Source: Candidatus Berkelbacteria bacterium
GTDB lineage: Bacteria; Patescibacteriota; UBA1384; JACPKC01
Direction: 5' to 3'
Assembly: GCA_016198415.1 (NCBI GenBank)
Contig: JACQIO010000014.1
Coordinates: 1-51,258 of the forward strand
Length of the DNA stretch: 51,258 nt
Made by a program: the position numbers and the translations under genes. Positions 29,478-37,839 of the stretch are shown here, one piece after another. The notes below the pieces were generated by a model. It searched no databases and had not been told where the DNA came from. It saw only the letters and a list, made by a program, of their open reading frames with translations. The stretch's first letter is position 1, and each line of letters opens with the position of its first letter.

Positions 29478-29861
29478 CTACGATCGTGAGATGTGTCGGG
29501 GACGGAATACCCACAGCTTGTAGAGTACAAACGAGACCGTCAAGTAGACAACGCCGGCGGCCAGCTGCGCGAGGTACGGGTTGACACCGGCATTCAAGAC
29601 CGCTTGGAGGGTGGCGAGGTTGGCAGCGTACGCCAAGATGAAGGTGGTCAGGAATGGCCCGATCTCGTGACCAACCGCGTTCTGACTCCGGAAGTTCCAG
29701 GTCCGGTTGAGGCCAAAGGAGACGATCAGCCCAACCGCGTAGCCCAGGGCGTTGGCCGGCGCGGGCGCGACATCGGCGAGCGCCATCGCCCCAAAAATCA
29801 CCAGGTACCCAACGGCGCTATTGAGGATGCCGATCAGGCCGAACTTGATCAGATGGATCAT
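29478..29861 (-). CDS. GtrA family protein
   Basis: 127 aa, 4 TM; IKFGLIG, ANALGY, SFGLNRTWNF, KLWVF. Confidence 0.9.
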   Translation of the reverse strand: MIHLIKFGLIGILNSAVGYLVIFGAMALADVAPAPANALGYAVGLIVSFGLNRTWNFRSQNAVGHEIGPFLTTFILAYAANLATLQAVLNAGVNPYLAQLAAGVVYLTVSFVLYKLWVFRPRHISRS

Positions 29862-30547
29862 TGTGCTTTGACCGCTCGGACCACGTACTGCCCACCGAGT
29901 GGCAACCAGCCGAGGAACCGCTCGAGCGGCGCGAGGACCTTGAGCGCGGCTGGGAAGAAGAGCGTCGACTGGCGGTGCGTCACGGTCAGGCCCCGGGTCT
30001 CGAGCCGTTCGATCAGTTCACGCGGCGGCAGCAAGATGGCGTCACTGTCAAAGGCACAGGTCCTGACCAAGCGGCGAGTGACTGGGTTGAGTGGATTGTG
30101 TTCAAAGATCACGACCTGCCCGCCTGGCGCCAGGAGCGCTTTGAGTTGCTCGATCGCGCCTGCGCGCAGCCCAGGAGCGATGTGGTGGAAGACTCCGGCC
30201 ACAAAGATCGCGTCGTACGGCTTGCGCCGCTTCGCCTCCGGCTTACCCAGCACAAAGAACTCGCCATCTGGCACGACCTGCTGGGCAATCGCCACGCTCT
30301 TGGCAGAGATGTCGCAGCCACCAATCGTTGAGCCCGGAAACTGGGCGCGGAGGTAGGGTAAGTTCCGGCCGGTCCCCACCCCGTACTCAAGGACCCGCGC
30401 TGGTGGCGTTGACCGGTCCCAGAGACGGGCAAAGAGTCTGATCTTGTACTCGGCGTAGTAGGCGGTGTCCTTGCCAAAAGCCGCCATGTTATGGCCCAGG
30501 TGTTCCTCGTAGTCGGCGGCGTACGCATCAAAGTCAACCTTTTTCAT
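29858..30547 (-). CDS. Class I SAM-dependent methyltransferase
   Basis: FDAYAADY, VLEYGVGTG, VFHHI, IFEHNPLNPVTR, PLGGQY; GGAGG SD. Confidence 0.88.
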   Translation of the reverse strand: MKKVDFDAYAADYEEHLGHNMAAFGKDTAYYAEYKIRLFARLWDRSTPPARVLEYGVGTGRNLPYLRAQFPGSTIGGCDISAKSVAIAQQVVPDGEFFVLGKPEAKRRKPYDAIFVAGVFHHIAPGLRAGAIEQLKALLAPGGQVVIFEHNPLNPVTRRLVRTCAFDSDAILLPPRELIERLETRGLTVTHRQSTLFFPAALKVLAPLERFLGWLPLGGQYVVRAVKAQ

Positions 30548-31580
30548 GTCCCACCTCCTGCTCAATAATGAAGCGTGGTCGGCGCTTCACCTCCCGGTAG
30601 ATCTTCCCAATATACTCGCCCAAGAGCCCGACGCACAGGATCTGGACCCCGCCCAGGAAGTAGATTGGCAGCGTCGTCGAGGCCCACCCGGGAACCGTGT
30701 TGTTGCCGACGAGACTCGAGGCCAGGATGAAGAGGCTCATCCCGAGCGAGAGGAAGAAGACGAGGAAGCCCGTCACCGTCACCAGGCGGAGCGGAACGAC
30801 GCTGAAGGAGGTGATCCCTTCCCAGGCGAACGAGACCATCTTGAGCGGCGAGTACTTGCTCGAGCCGGCCCGACGCTCGGTCACGGTGAAGTGGACCACG
30901 GCCGTGGGGAAACCCATCTGCGAGAAGATCCCGCGTAGGAAGAGGTTGACTTCCTCGTACTCAGCCAGGGCTTGGAGGACCGCCTGGCTGGTCAGACGAT
31001 AGTCGGCGTGATTCGGGATGACCCTGACCCCCAGAAAGGACATCAACCGGTAGAAGGCGAGCGCGGTCCATTTCTTGAAGAGGCGATCGGCACCCCGATC
31101 CTGGCGGACTCCAAAAACGATGTCGGCGCCGGCTCGATACTGGGCAACAAACTCTGGGATCGCCGCCGGATCCTGTTGGAGATCAACGTCGAGTGAGATG
31201 GCACAGTCAACCCTGTCCCGGACACTTAAGAGCCCGGCCAAGACCGCGTGTTGGTGACCAACGTTGCGCGCCAGCTTGATGCCTCGGACACGTGAATCAC
31301 GATCGTGAGATGACTGGATGAGTGACCAGGTCCGATCGCGGCTGCCGTCATCAACGAAGCACAGGAAACTCCCCCGCGTCATCACCTGATCACGAACAAA
31401 CCGATCGAGGAGGGCGAGGAGTCGCGTCACCGAACTCTCGATCACCGCCTCTTCGTTGTAGGCCGGTAGGACAATGGCGACGGTTGGCACGGGCCGCGAG
31501 GCCGAGCCGCCCTGTTGAGGGTTGAGGGTTGAGCCTGCCTGCCGGCGAGGCAGGGGTTGAGGGTGACGCCTCGGCATCAT
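30534..31580 (-). CDS. GT2, GtrB/ArnC-like polyprenol-phosphate glycosyltransferase
   Basis: PAYNEE, VDDGSRDRTW, RNVGHQ, DVDLQQDP, two C-terminal TMs, GEYIGKIY.EVKRRP; start uncertain. Confidence 0.92.
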   Translation of the reverse strand: MMPRRHPQPLPRRQAGSTLNPQQGGSASRPVPTVAIVLPAYNEEAVIESSVTRLLALLDRFVRDQVMTRGSFLCFVDDGSRDRTWSLIQSSHDRDSRVRGIKLARNVGHQHAVLAGLLSVRDRVDCAISLDVDLQQDPAAIPEFVAQYRAGADIVFGVRQDRGADRLFKKWTALAFYRLMSFLGVRVIPNHADYRLTSQAVLQALAEYEEVNLFLRGIFSQMGFPTAVVHFTVTERRAGSSKYSPLKMVSFAWEGITSFSVVPLRLVTVTGFLVFFLSLGMSLFILASSLVGNNTVPGWASTTLPIYFLGGVQILCVGLLGEYIGKIYREVKRRPRFIIEQEVGHEKG

Positions 31581-32590
31581 CGCGCTCGATCGTGGATTGG
31601 TGCCGGTGCGCCTGCCGGCGGCGTCACCACCGCTCTCGGAACCGAGAGCAGGGTGTCGAACGAGCCGTGGAGATCCGAAACGATGTAGAGGGGGCGGGCC
31701 TTGACCTGTTCGTAGATCCGTCCGAGGTACTCACCCATGACACCCAAGATGAAGAGCTGGACACCTCCCACGAACGTGACCCCAACCACAATCGACACCC
31801 AGCCTGGAATTGTGAAGGCGCCGGCCAGCTTGAGGCCGATCGCGAGCAAGCCGCCGAGGAACGAGAGCGCGGCAAAAACAAAACCAATGTTGAGCGCAAA
31901 CCGGAGCGGGACGTTGGAGAAGCTGATCAGGGCATCCGTGGCAAAGCGGAGCATCTTGCGCAGGGGATACTTGGTGGTGCCGGCGAAGCGCTCCTCGCGG
32001 ACATACTCCACGGTCGTTTGCCGGAATCCCAGCCAGCTCACCATGCCCCGCACGTACCGGTTGGACTCCCGGAGCGACCGGAGGGCTTCGAGCGCCTGTC
32101 GATCGATGAGCCGGAAGTCGCCCGCGTCGGCAATGAGGTCAACGTTCGCCATCGACTGGAGAAAACGATAAAAGAGATGGGCCGTCCAGCGCTTGAACCA
32201 CGTCTCGCCCCGTCGTTCGCGGCGAACCGCATGAACAATTTGGTAGCCTTCGCGCCAGCGTCTGACGAGTTGGGTGACCACCTCGGGGGGGTCTTGAAGG
32301 TCGGCATCCATGACGATGACGGCCTCACCACTGGCCAGATCCATGCCGGCGGTGATCGCCAGCTGATGACCAAAGTTCCGCGAGAGGTTGACGACCTTGA
32401 ATCGAGGGTCGCGACGGTTGAGGTCCACCAGGAGCGGCAGGGAGTCATCGTGACTGCCGTCGTTGACCAAGATCACCTCCGTTGGCTCCTTGAGACGCTT
32501 GAGGAGCGCTTTGAGCCGTCGGCCGAGCTCAGGGATCGTCTCAGCCTCGTTGTAGATGGGAATGACGAGCGAGAGCGTTGGGGCGGTCAT
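31577..32590 (-). CDS. GT2, GtrB/ArnC-like polyprenol-phosphate glycosyltransferase
   Basis: PIYNE, VNDGS, SRNFGHQ, MDADLQDPP, GDFRL, GEYLGRIY.QVKARP. Confidence 0.93.
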   Translation of the reverse strand: MTAPTLSLVIPIYNEAETIPELGRRLKALLKRLKEPTEVILVNDGSHDDSLPLLVDLNRRDPRFKVVNLSRNFGHQLAITAGMDLASGEAVIVMDADLQDPPEVVTQLVRRWREGYQIVHAVRRERRGETWFKRWTAHLFYRFLQSMANVDLIADAGDFRLIDRQALEALRSLRESNRYVRGMVSWLGFRQTTVEYVREERFAGTTKYPLRKMLRFATDALISFSNVPLRFALNIGFVFAALSFLGGLLAIGLKLAGAFTIPGWVSIVVGVTFVGGVQLFILGVMGEYLGRIYEQVKARPLYIVSDLHGSFDTLLSVPRAVVTPPAGAPAPIHDRAR

Positions 32591-33591
32591 ACGCGGGCTC
32601 CCTGCCCGATTCGAGTCTGGGCCGGGTGAGCAGCCCAGGCTGAGGCGACGATGGATCGGAGATCGGGGTAGGCCGGTGTCCACCCCAGCGTCCGCCGGGC
32701 AGCCGACGGGTCGGCCACCAGGCTGGCGGGATCGCCGGCTCGACGGGCCACCCGCTTGACCTCAACCGGCCTGCCGGTCACCGCCTCGACGGTCTCGATG
32801 ACCGTCCGAACTGAGGCACCGTGGCCACTGCCCAGGTTGAAGGCGTGGGCTCCAGGGTGCTCGGTCACGTAGTCGAGGGCAGCCAGGTGAGCCTGCGCAA
32901 TATCGACGACGTGCACGTAGTCACGGACGGCCGTCCCGTCGTCCGTTGGGTAGTCAGTGCCAAAGAGCTGGAATGGTCCGGGACGCTGGCCCGAACCGTG
33001 GTCGAGGAGGAGCGGGATGAGGTGAGTCTCGGGTTGGTGGGCCTCCACCAGCGTCCCATCGGCAATCGCCCCAGCGGCGTTGAAGTAGCGGAGGGAGACC
33101 GAGTCCAAACCGTAGGCGTGGTGGAAGTCGCCGAGCATTTCCTCGATGGCCCGCTTGGTCCGCCCGTACGGATTGATCGGCCGGCAGGGGTGTGACTCAG
33201 GGATCGGCGTCGTCTCGGGAGTACCGTAGACGGCGGCGGTCGAGGAGAAGATCAGGCGCGTGACTCCTGCGCCACGCATCGCCGAGAGGAGGTTGGCGGT
33301 TGCAACCAGGTTGTCTTGATAGTAGAGGCTGGGGTCGGCGACTGACTCGCCAACAGCAATCCGGCCGGCCAAGTGGCAGACGGCCGTGATGGTGTGCGCG
33401 GCCAAGACGCGCTCGAGGGCCGGTCGATCGAGGAGATCGGCCGGGACGAACTGACACCGGCCGTCGAGGCCGGCGGGCAGCGGCACTCGATCGAGACCAA
33501 TGACCACCTCGCCCCGGTCAGCCAGGGCCCGAACCACGTGACTCCCGATGTAACCAGCCGCCCCAGTGACCAAGTGTACGTCAGCCATCAC
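32587..33591 (-). CDS. galE: UDP-glucose 4-epimerase
   Basis: TGAAGYIGSH, FSSTAAVYG, PYGRTK, LRYFNAAGA, DGTAVRDYVHV. Confidence 0.94.
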   Translation of the reverse strand: MMADVHLVTGAAGYIGSHVVRALADRGEVVIGLDRVPLPAGLDGRCQFVPADLLDRPALERVLAAHTITAVCHLAGRIAVGESVADPSLYYQDNLVATANLLSAMRGAGVTRLIFSSTAAVYGTPETTPIPESHPCRPINPYGRTKRAIEEMLGDFHHAYGLDSVSLRYFNAAGAIADGTLVEAHQPETHLIPLLLDHGSGQRPGPFQLFGTDYPTDDGTAVRDYVHVVDIAQAHLAALDYVTEHPGAHAFNLGSGHGASVRTVIETVEAVTGRPVEVKRVARRAGDPASLVADPSAARRTLGWTPAYPDLRSIVASAWAAHPAQTRIGQGARV

Positions 33592-33595
33592 TGCC

Positions 33596-33943
33596 TCAGA
33601 GACTACTCGGCCGATAGGTGACGAGCGTTATCCCGCCCATGATGAAGAGGAGGCCAAGGAGCTGCGACCAGCCGAACGGCTCTTTCCAGATGAGATGGGC
33701 CAGGTAGGCAACGAGCACGTAGCTGAGCGACGCGCTCGGGAACGCCACGGACAGCGGGAGTGTCCGAATGGCGACCATGTAGAGGAGGGCCGCGCCAAAG
33801 TAGGCCACCAGGCCGCCGAGTGAGGCGGGGTGGAGGAACTGGGCCCAACCAGGGGCAGCGCCCGAGCCAACTTTGAGGGCGATCTGGCCGGTCACCGCCA
33901 GGAGAATCGACAGTCCCAGGAGCCACGGTGCGCCGAGCGTCAT
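33596..33943 (-). CDS. Small EamA/SMR (ArnE/ArnF-like) membrane protein
   Basis: 115 aa, 4 TM, GQIALK, LPLSVAFP, WKEP. Confidence 0.8.
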   Translation of the reverse strand: MTLGAPWLLGLSILLAVTGQIALKVGSGAAPGWAQFLHPASLGGLVAYFGAALLYMVAIRTLPLSVAFPSASLSYVLVAYLAHLIWKEPFGWSQLLGLLFIMGGITLVTYRPSSL

Positions 33944-35289
33944 TGCCCAACCTGCGTTGGCTCACGTTCGCTGACGGTTGGCCGGTGGGCAGTGAGCACC
34001 TCCGGCGTGGGCTCGGTCTGACCAACGCCATGGATGTGGACCTGGAAGCCGGCCTGCCGCCAGGCCGCGTGATCGAACCAGTTCCGGGTATCGAGGAGCT
34101 GCGGGGTCCGCATGAGCGAGGCGGCGTGCGTGGGACTGAGCACACGGTAGTCCTCGTGATTCGTCACGAGGACTACCAGATCGCTGCCGGCCAGGGCCGC
34201 GTCCAGTGGCACGAGCGGGAGTTCAAAGGCGGTGACGTGCGGATCGTGCAGCCGGACGGTCCAGCCACGACTGAGGGCCTGCTCAGCAATCGCCCGAGCC
34301 GGCGTTTCGCGGGCATCGTCGACGTTCGCCTTGTACGCCACCCCCAGGATCGAAATGGTCGGATTGGGCAGGTGGACGAGGAGAGACGCCGCGCGTCGAA
34401 TCACGTGCTCCGGCATCGAGTCGTTGATCTCGCGGGCAGTTTTGATGAGGTGGGTGTGATCGGTTTCCTCAGTGAGAAACCAGGGATCGATGGCGATGCA
34501 GTGCCCCCCCACGCCCGGCCCAGGACTCAAGATGTTGACGCGGGGATGACGGTTGGCCAGCTCGATCGCCTCCCAGGCGTTGATCCCAATCTGCTCGGCC
34601 ACGCGCGCGAACTCATTGGCTAGGGCAATGTTGATGTCCCGGAACGTGTTCTCCATGAGCTTGACCGACTCGGCGGTGGTCAGCGTGGTCAGGAAGAGCT
34701 TCCCCTTGGAGAAGGACCGGTAGAGCGCGCTCGTCGCTGTTGCCGACGGCTCATCCAGGGCCCCCACAATTCGATCATTGTGAACGAGCTCGTGGAGGGT
34801 GTTGCCGGGAATCGCCCGCTCTGGGCAGTGGGCAACCTGGAAGTCCCGGCCCGCCTTGAGGCCGGATGACTCGAGCGAGGGGATGAAGAGGCGCTCGCAG
34901 GTCTTGGGGGGGACGGTCGACTCCAGGATGACGAGGTTGTCGGGCTTGAGGACACCCGCCACCGAGCCCGCGGCCAGGATGACGTAGCGGAGCTCAGAGC
35001 GCTTGGCGCGCTCGTTGAGTGGGGTCGGCACCGCCACAATGAAGGTATCCGCCGGCTCAATCTTGGTGGTAGCGCGAAGATTCCCGCTCCGGTGAGCCCG
35101 CGCAACCAGGTCAGACAGACCGGGTTCCTCAAAGGTCACCTGACCAGCATTGACCGCGTCGACCTTGCGCGCATCGATGTCGTACCCCACCACCATATAG
35201 CCGGCGTTGGCCAGGAGGGCAGCCGTCGGCAGTCCCATGTAGCCGAGGCCAACGACACAGACCGTCTCCCGGTGGACCCGTCTCTTCAT
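33940..35289 (-). CDS. wecC: UDP-N-acetyl-D-mannosamine dehydrogenase family
   Basis: GLGYMGLP, AVPTP, ESTVPP, CPER, ENTFRDINIA, GVGGHCIAIDP, YKANVDDARE. Confidence 0.9.
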   Translation of the reverse strand: MKRRVHRETVCVVGLGYMGLPTAALLANAGYMVVGYDIDARKVDAVNAGQVTFEEPGLSDLVARAHRSGNLRATTKIEPADTFIVAVPTPLNERAKRSELRYVILAAGSVAGVLKPDNLVILESTVPPKTCERLFIPSLESSGLKAGRDFQVAHCPERAIPGNTLHELVHNDRIVGALDEPSATATSALYRSFSKGKLFLTTLTTAESVKLMENTFRDINIALANEFARVAEQIGINAWEAIELANRHPRVNILSPGPGVGGHCIAIDPWFLTEETDHTHLIKTAREINDSMPEHVIRRAASLLVHLPNPTISILGVAYKANVDDARETPARAIAEQALSRGWTVRLHDPHVTAFELPLVPLDAALAGSDLVVLVTNHEDYRVLSPTHAASLMRTPQLLDTRNWFDHAAWRQAGFQVHIHGVGQTEPTPEVLTAHRPTVSEREPTQVGQ

Positions 35290-36404
35290 GCGACGACTCC
35301 TTGTTCGATGGGAGTGGTGAGAGGCTGGACCGGCGTTCCGCTGACGATCGCGACGATCCGCTCAGCCGCGTGTCCATCGCCAAATGGATTCGACCAGCCG
35401 CGGGGGCGGGCCAGCATCGTGGCGACCGCCGGTCCGATCTCCTCGGGTGTCCCGGCCAAGAGGCTCGCCCCAACCTCAACCGTCTCCGGCCGCTCGGTGG
35501 TGTCCCGGAGCGTTACCGCTGGCACACCCAAGATGCACGCCTCCTCTTGGATCCCACCGGAGTCGGTCAGGATCAGGCGTGCGTACTCCTGGAGGCTCAG
35601 GAAGTCGAGGTAGCCGCCCGGCTCAATCACCCGGATCCCCTCGGGAACCGTCAGGCTGAACTCGGTTAATCGGGCCAGTGTGCGCGGGTGCGCCGGGAAG
35701 ACAATCGGGCAGGCCTGCGCTTGGGCGACGTCAGCCAAGGCCACGAGCAACGCCGCCAGCCGATCCGCGGTATCAACGTTGCTCGGGCGATGGAGGGTGA
35801 GGAGGAGGTACTGCTCCTGGGTGAGACCCAAGTCACCAAGAACCGTCGAGCGCTCGGCGGCCAGAGCACGGTGCTGGAGAACGGTGTCCACAACGGTGTT
35901 GCCAGTGATGAAGCGCCGCTCACTCGGCAGACCCTCCTGGGCGAGGATCGCATCGGCGTGGGCGGTTGGGGCAAAGAGGTAGTCAGCGAGGTGATCGACG
36001 ACGATCCGGTTGAGCTCCTCAGGCATCGATCGATCGTAGCTCCGCAAGCCAGCCTCAACGTGCCCGAGCTTGATGCCGAGCTTGGCAGCCGCGAGCCCTC
36101 CGGCCACCACGGTATTGGTGTCCCCCTGGACGAGGACGGCGTCGGGTCGGCGTGCCAGCAACTCGGCCTCGATCGCCTCGAGCATCCGGCCGGTCTGGGC
36201 GCCATGGGAGCCGGAGCCGATCCCAAGGTTAACCGTCGGGGCCGGCAACTCGAGATCCTCAAAAAAGACTCGGTCCATCCGCTCCGAGTAGTGCTGGTTG
36301 GTGTGGATGAGCTGGACCGTGAGGTTCGCGGCCTCGGCAGCCCGAATGACTGGAGCCAGCTTGATGACCTCCGGGCGGGTACCCAGAATGATCGCGAGCG
36401 TCAT
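35286..36404 (-). CDS. wecB: UDP-N-acetylglucosamine 2-epimerase (non-hydrolysing)
   Basis: GTRPEVIK, QGDTNT, HVEAGLRS, MPEELNR, TDSGGIQEE, TERPE, NPFGDG. Confidence 0.95.
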   Translation of the reverse strand: MTLAIILGTRPEVIKLAPVIRAAEAANLTVQLIHTNQHYSERMDRVFFEDLELPAPTVNLGIGSGSHGAQTGRMLEAIEAELLARRPDAVLVQGDTNTVVAGGLAAAKLGIKLGHVEAGLRSYDRSMPEELNRIVVDHLADYLFAPTAHADAILAQEGLPSERRFITGNTVVDTVLQHRALAAERSTVLGDLGLTQEQYLLLTLHRPSNVDTADRLAALLVALADVAQAQACPIVFPAHPRTLARLTEFSLTVPEGIRVIEPGGYLDFLSLQEYARLILTDSGGIQEEACILGVPAVTLRDTTERPETVEVGASLLAGTPEEIGPAVATMLARPRGWSNPFGDGHAAERIVAIVSGTPVQPLTTPIEQGVVA

Positions 36405-36463
36405 GGAGCTCCTTCGCTCGCTCTAGTTAGCCATAACTGGTTCGGCGACGCAAGCGACGCACC

Positions 36464-36492
36464 TTGACAGCGAGGGATGGCCCTGCCACAAT
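36464..36492 (+). promoter_or_regulatory. Sigma70 promoter for 36553-36837
   Basis: TTGACA-17 nt-CACAAT with TGn. Confidence 0.55.
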
Positions 36493-36552
36493 GCGCTGTC
36501 CGATGCTCACGCATCGGCCTCTCAATCATCCTTTAATATGAGGTGGATAGGT

Positions 36553-36837
36553 ATGCACCGACTCAAGCAGCACGCGGCCCTCATCGCCTACCCCGTCTGG
36601 GCCGGGGGCTGGTGGTGGTACGGCCTGAACGGACACCAGGAGGCGAGGGTCGCGGCCTTCATGGCCGCGCTTGCCGCCTTCTTCACCCTCCCGCTCCTGG
36701 TCTTCGCGCCAGCGATGGCGCCGGGTGAGGTCAGCCTGGCCCCCAAGACCAGGGCGGAGTGGTGCAGCCTCGGCGGCTGCCTGGCCTACGTGGCGACGGT
36801 CATCGTCACGCTCTGGCTGACCGGCACCCGACTCTAG
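36553..36837 (+). CDS. Small membrane protein (3 TM, hypothetical)
   Basis: GAGGTGG SD, own promoter and 3' hairpin. Confidence 0.65.
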   Translation: MHRLKQHAALIAYPVWAGGWWWYGLNGHQEARVAAFMAALAAFFTLPLLVFAPAMAPGEVSLAPKTRAEWCSLGGCLAYVATVIVTLWLTGTRL

Positions 36838-36866
36838 TGAGGGGGAGGGGAGCACGGAGGCACACT

Positions 36867-36890
36867 GAACCGGCCCGCCTGGGCCGGTTC
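36867..36890 (+). terminator. 10-bp stem hairpin after the small membrane gene
   Basis: GAACCGGCCC-GCCT-GGGCCGGTTC. Confidence 0.6.
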
Positions 36891-36943
36891 TCACGTCTCT
36901 GGCAATGGAACCGATTTGGAAGCCGATCTCCCGCGCATCTTAC

Positions 36944-36981
36944 ACAACGCATTTGCCTACGATCGTAGGCAAATGCGTTGT
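36944..36981. repeat. Perfect 38-bp palindrome, downstream of the PaaX-like gene
   Basis: ACAACGCATTTGCCTACGATCGTAGGCAAATGCGTTGT. Confidence 0.95.
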
Positions 36982-37001
36982 TTGATGGAGGGAGGGAGAA
37001 C

Positions 37002-37591
37002 TCAGAGCTGAAATCGTACCCGAAGGTTCTCATCACCATCGATCCGAGCCGTCTCAAAGAACAGGACACGCTGCTCGAGCTTGTACCGCTCTCGGAGCCA
37101 ATCGATCTCGTCGCGACATGGCCACGGACAGATCCAGGCCGAGTGCTGGATATGGACGAAGCCAAGTCGGGTCAGCGTAGCGCGCAACCGATCGCGATCC
37201 TCCCGCCGCTTCTCTGGGACGTCCCAGATCACCACCCGCCAGCGCCCGTCCCACCGCTTGGGCCGTTCGAGCTCGAGCGACTCCTCTTCAAAGGCTGGAA
37301 GAAAGAGGCGCGTCTTTGAGGTCACCGTCACGTGGTGCCTAAGCACCTGCAGGTACTCTTGGCGGCGAAGACGAGCGAGCGAGTCGCGGAGCGGAACTGT
37401 CGTTCGGACAGCCAAGGCATCTTCCCGTGCGCGTAGTCCCAAAGACGACGTTGGTCGAAGGCGACCGAACCCACCTCCTCCATGAACCGTGCGCATTCGA
37501 CGAGGATGAGTTTAGCGGTTCGTCCGAGCCCGCGCACTCGCTGCTTCAATCTCTGCCCTTTCCAATGCTGCTGATCTCGATCCCGCTCCAT
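37002..37591 (-). pseudogene. PaaX-like protein (winged HTH plus Cas2-like domain), frameshifted by a 5-bp duplication
   Basis: ATG 37591 after GGGAGGG; WDGRWRVVIWDVPEKRREDRDRLRATLTRLGFVHIQHSAWICP; removing one GCGGA at 37386-37395 joins two track ORFs into a 194-aa frame. Confidence 0.85.
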
Positions 37592-37632
37592 CGAGCCCTC
37601 CCACCAAAGCGTCCAGAGTTGCTACAGGGATC

Positions 37633-37670
37633 ATAACGCATTTGCCTACGATCGTAGGCAAATGCGTTAT
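37633..37670. repeat. Perfect 38-bp palindrome, upstream of the PaaX-like gene
   Basis: ATAACGCATTTGCCTACGATCGTAGGCAAATGCGTTAT; 34-bp core identical to 36946-36979. Confidence 0.95.
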
Positions 37671-37839
37671 CAGACCTGATCGCGTGCTGGTGCACGTACC
37701 GTGCCAAAGAGTTTCGGGAAGCCTGCCCCTTCATGCCAATCCAGCCGATCGCCTGAGCGGTGCACTGAGTTTAGAACGTACGCACCATGCGGTGGGTCTT
37801 GCCATATCCGAATTGAATCCTCTCACTTTCTCAAGAAAG

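Noticed and set aside
36944-37670. CRISPR array with cas2
   Set aside because: Only two repeats about 650 bp apart, fully palindromic, no spacers or cas1; the protein is PaaX-like with an N-terminal HTH region
37671-37839. AT-richer gap and short ORFs (37642-37932, 37731-37958)
   Set aside because: No SD, motif or structure; likely promoter-containing spacer for the PaaX-like gene
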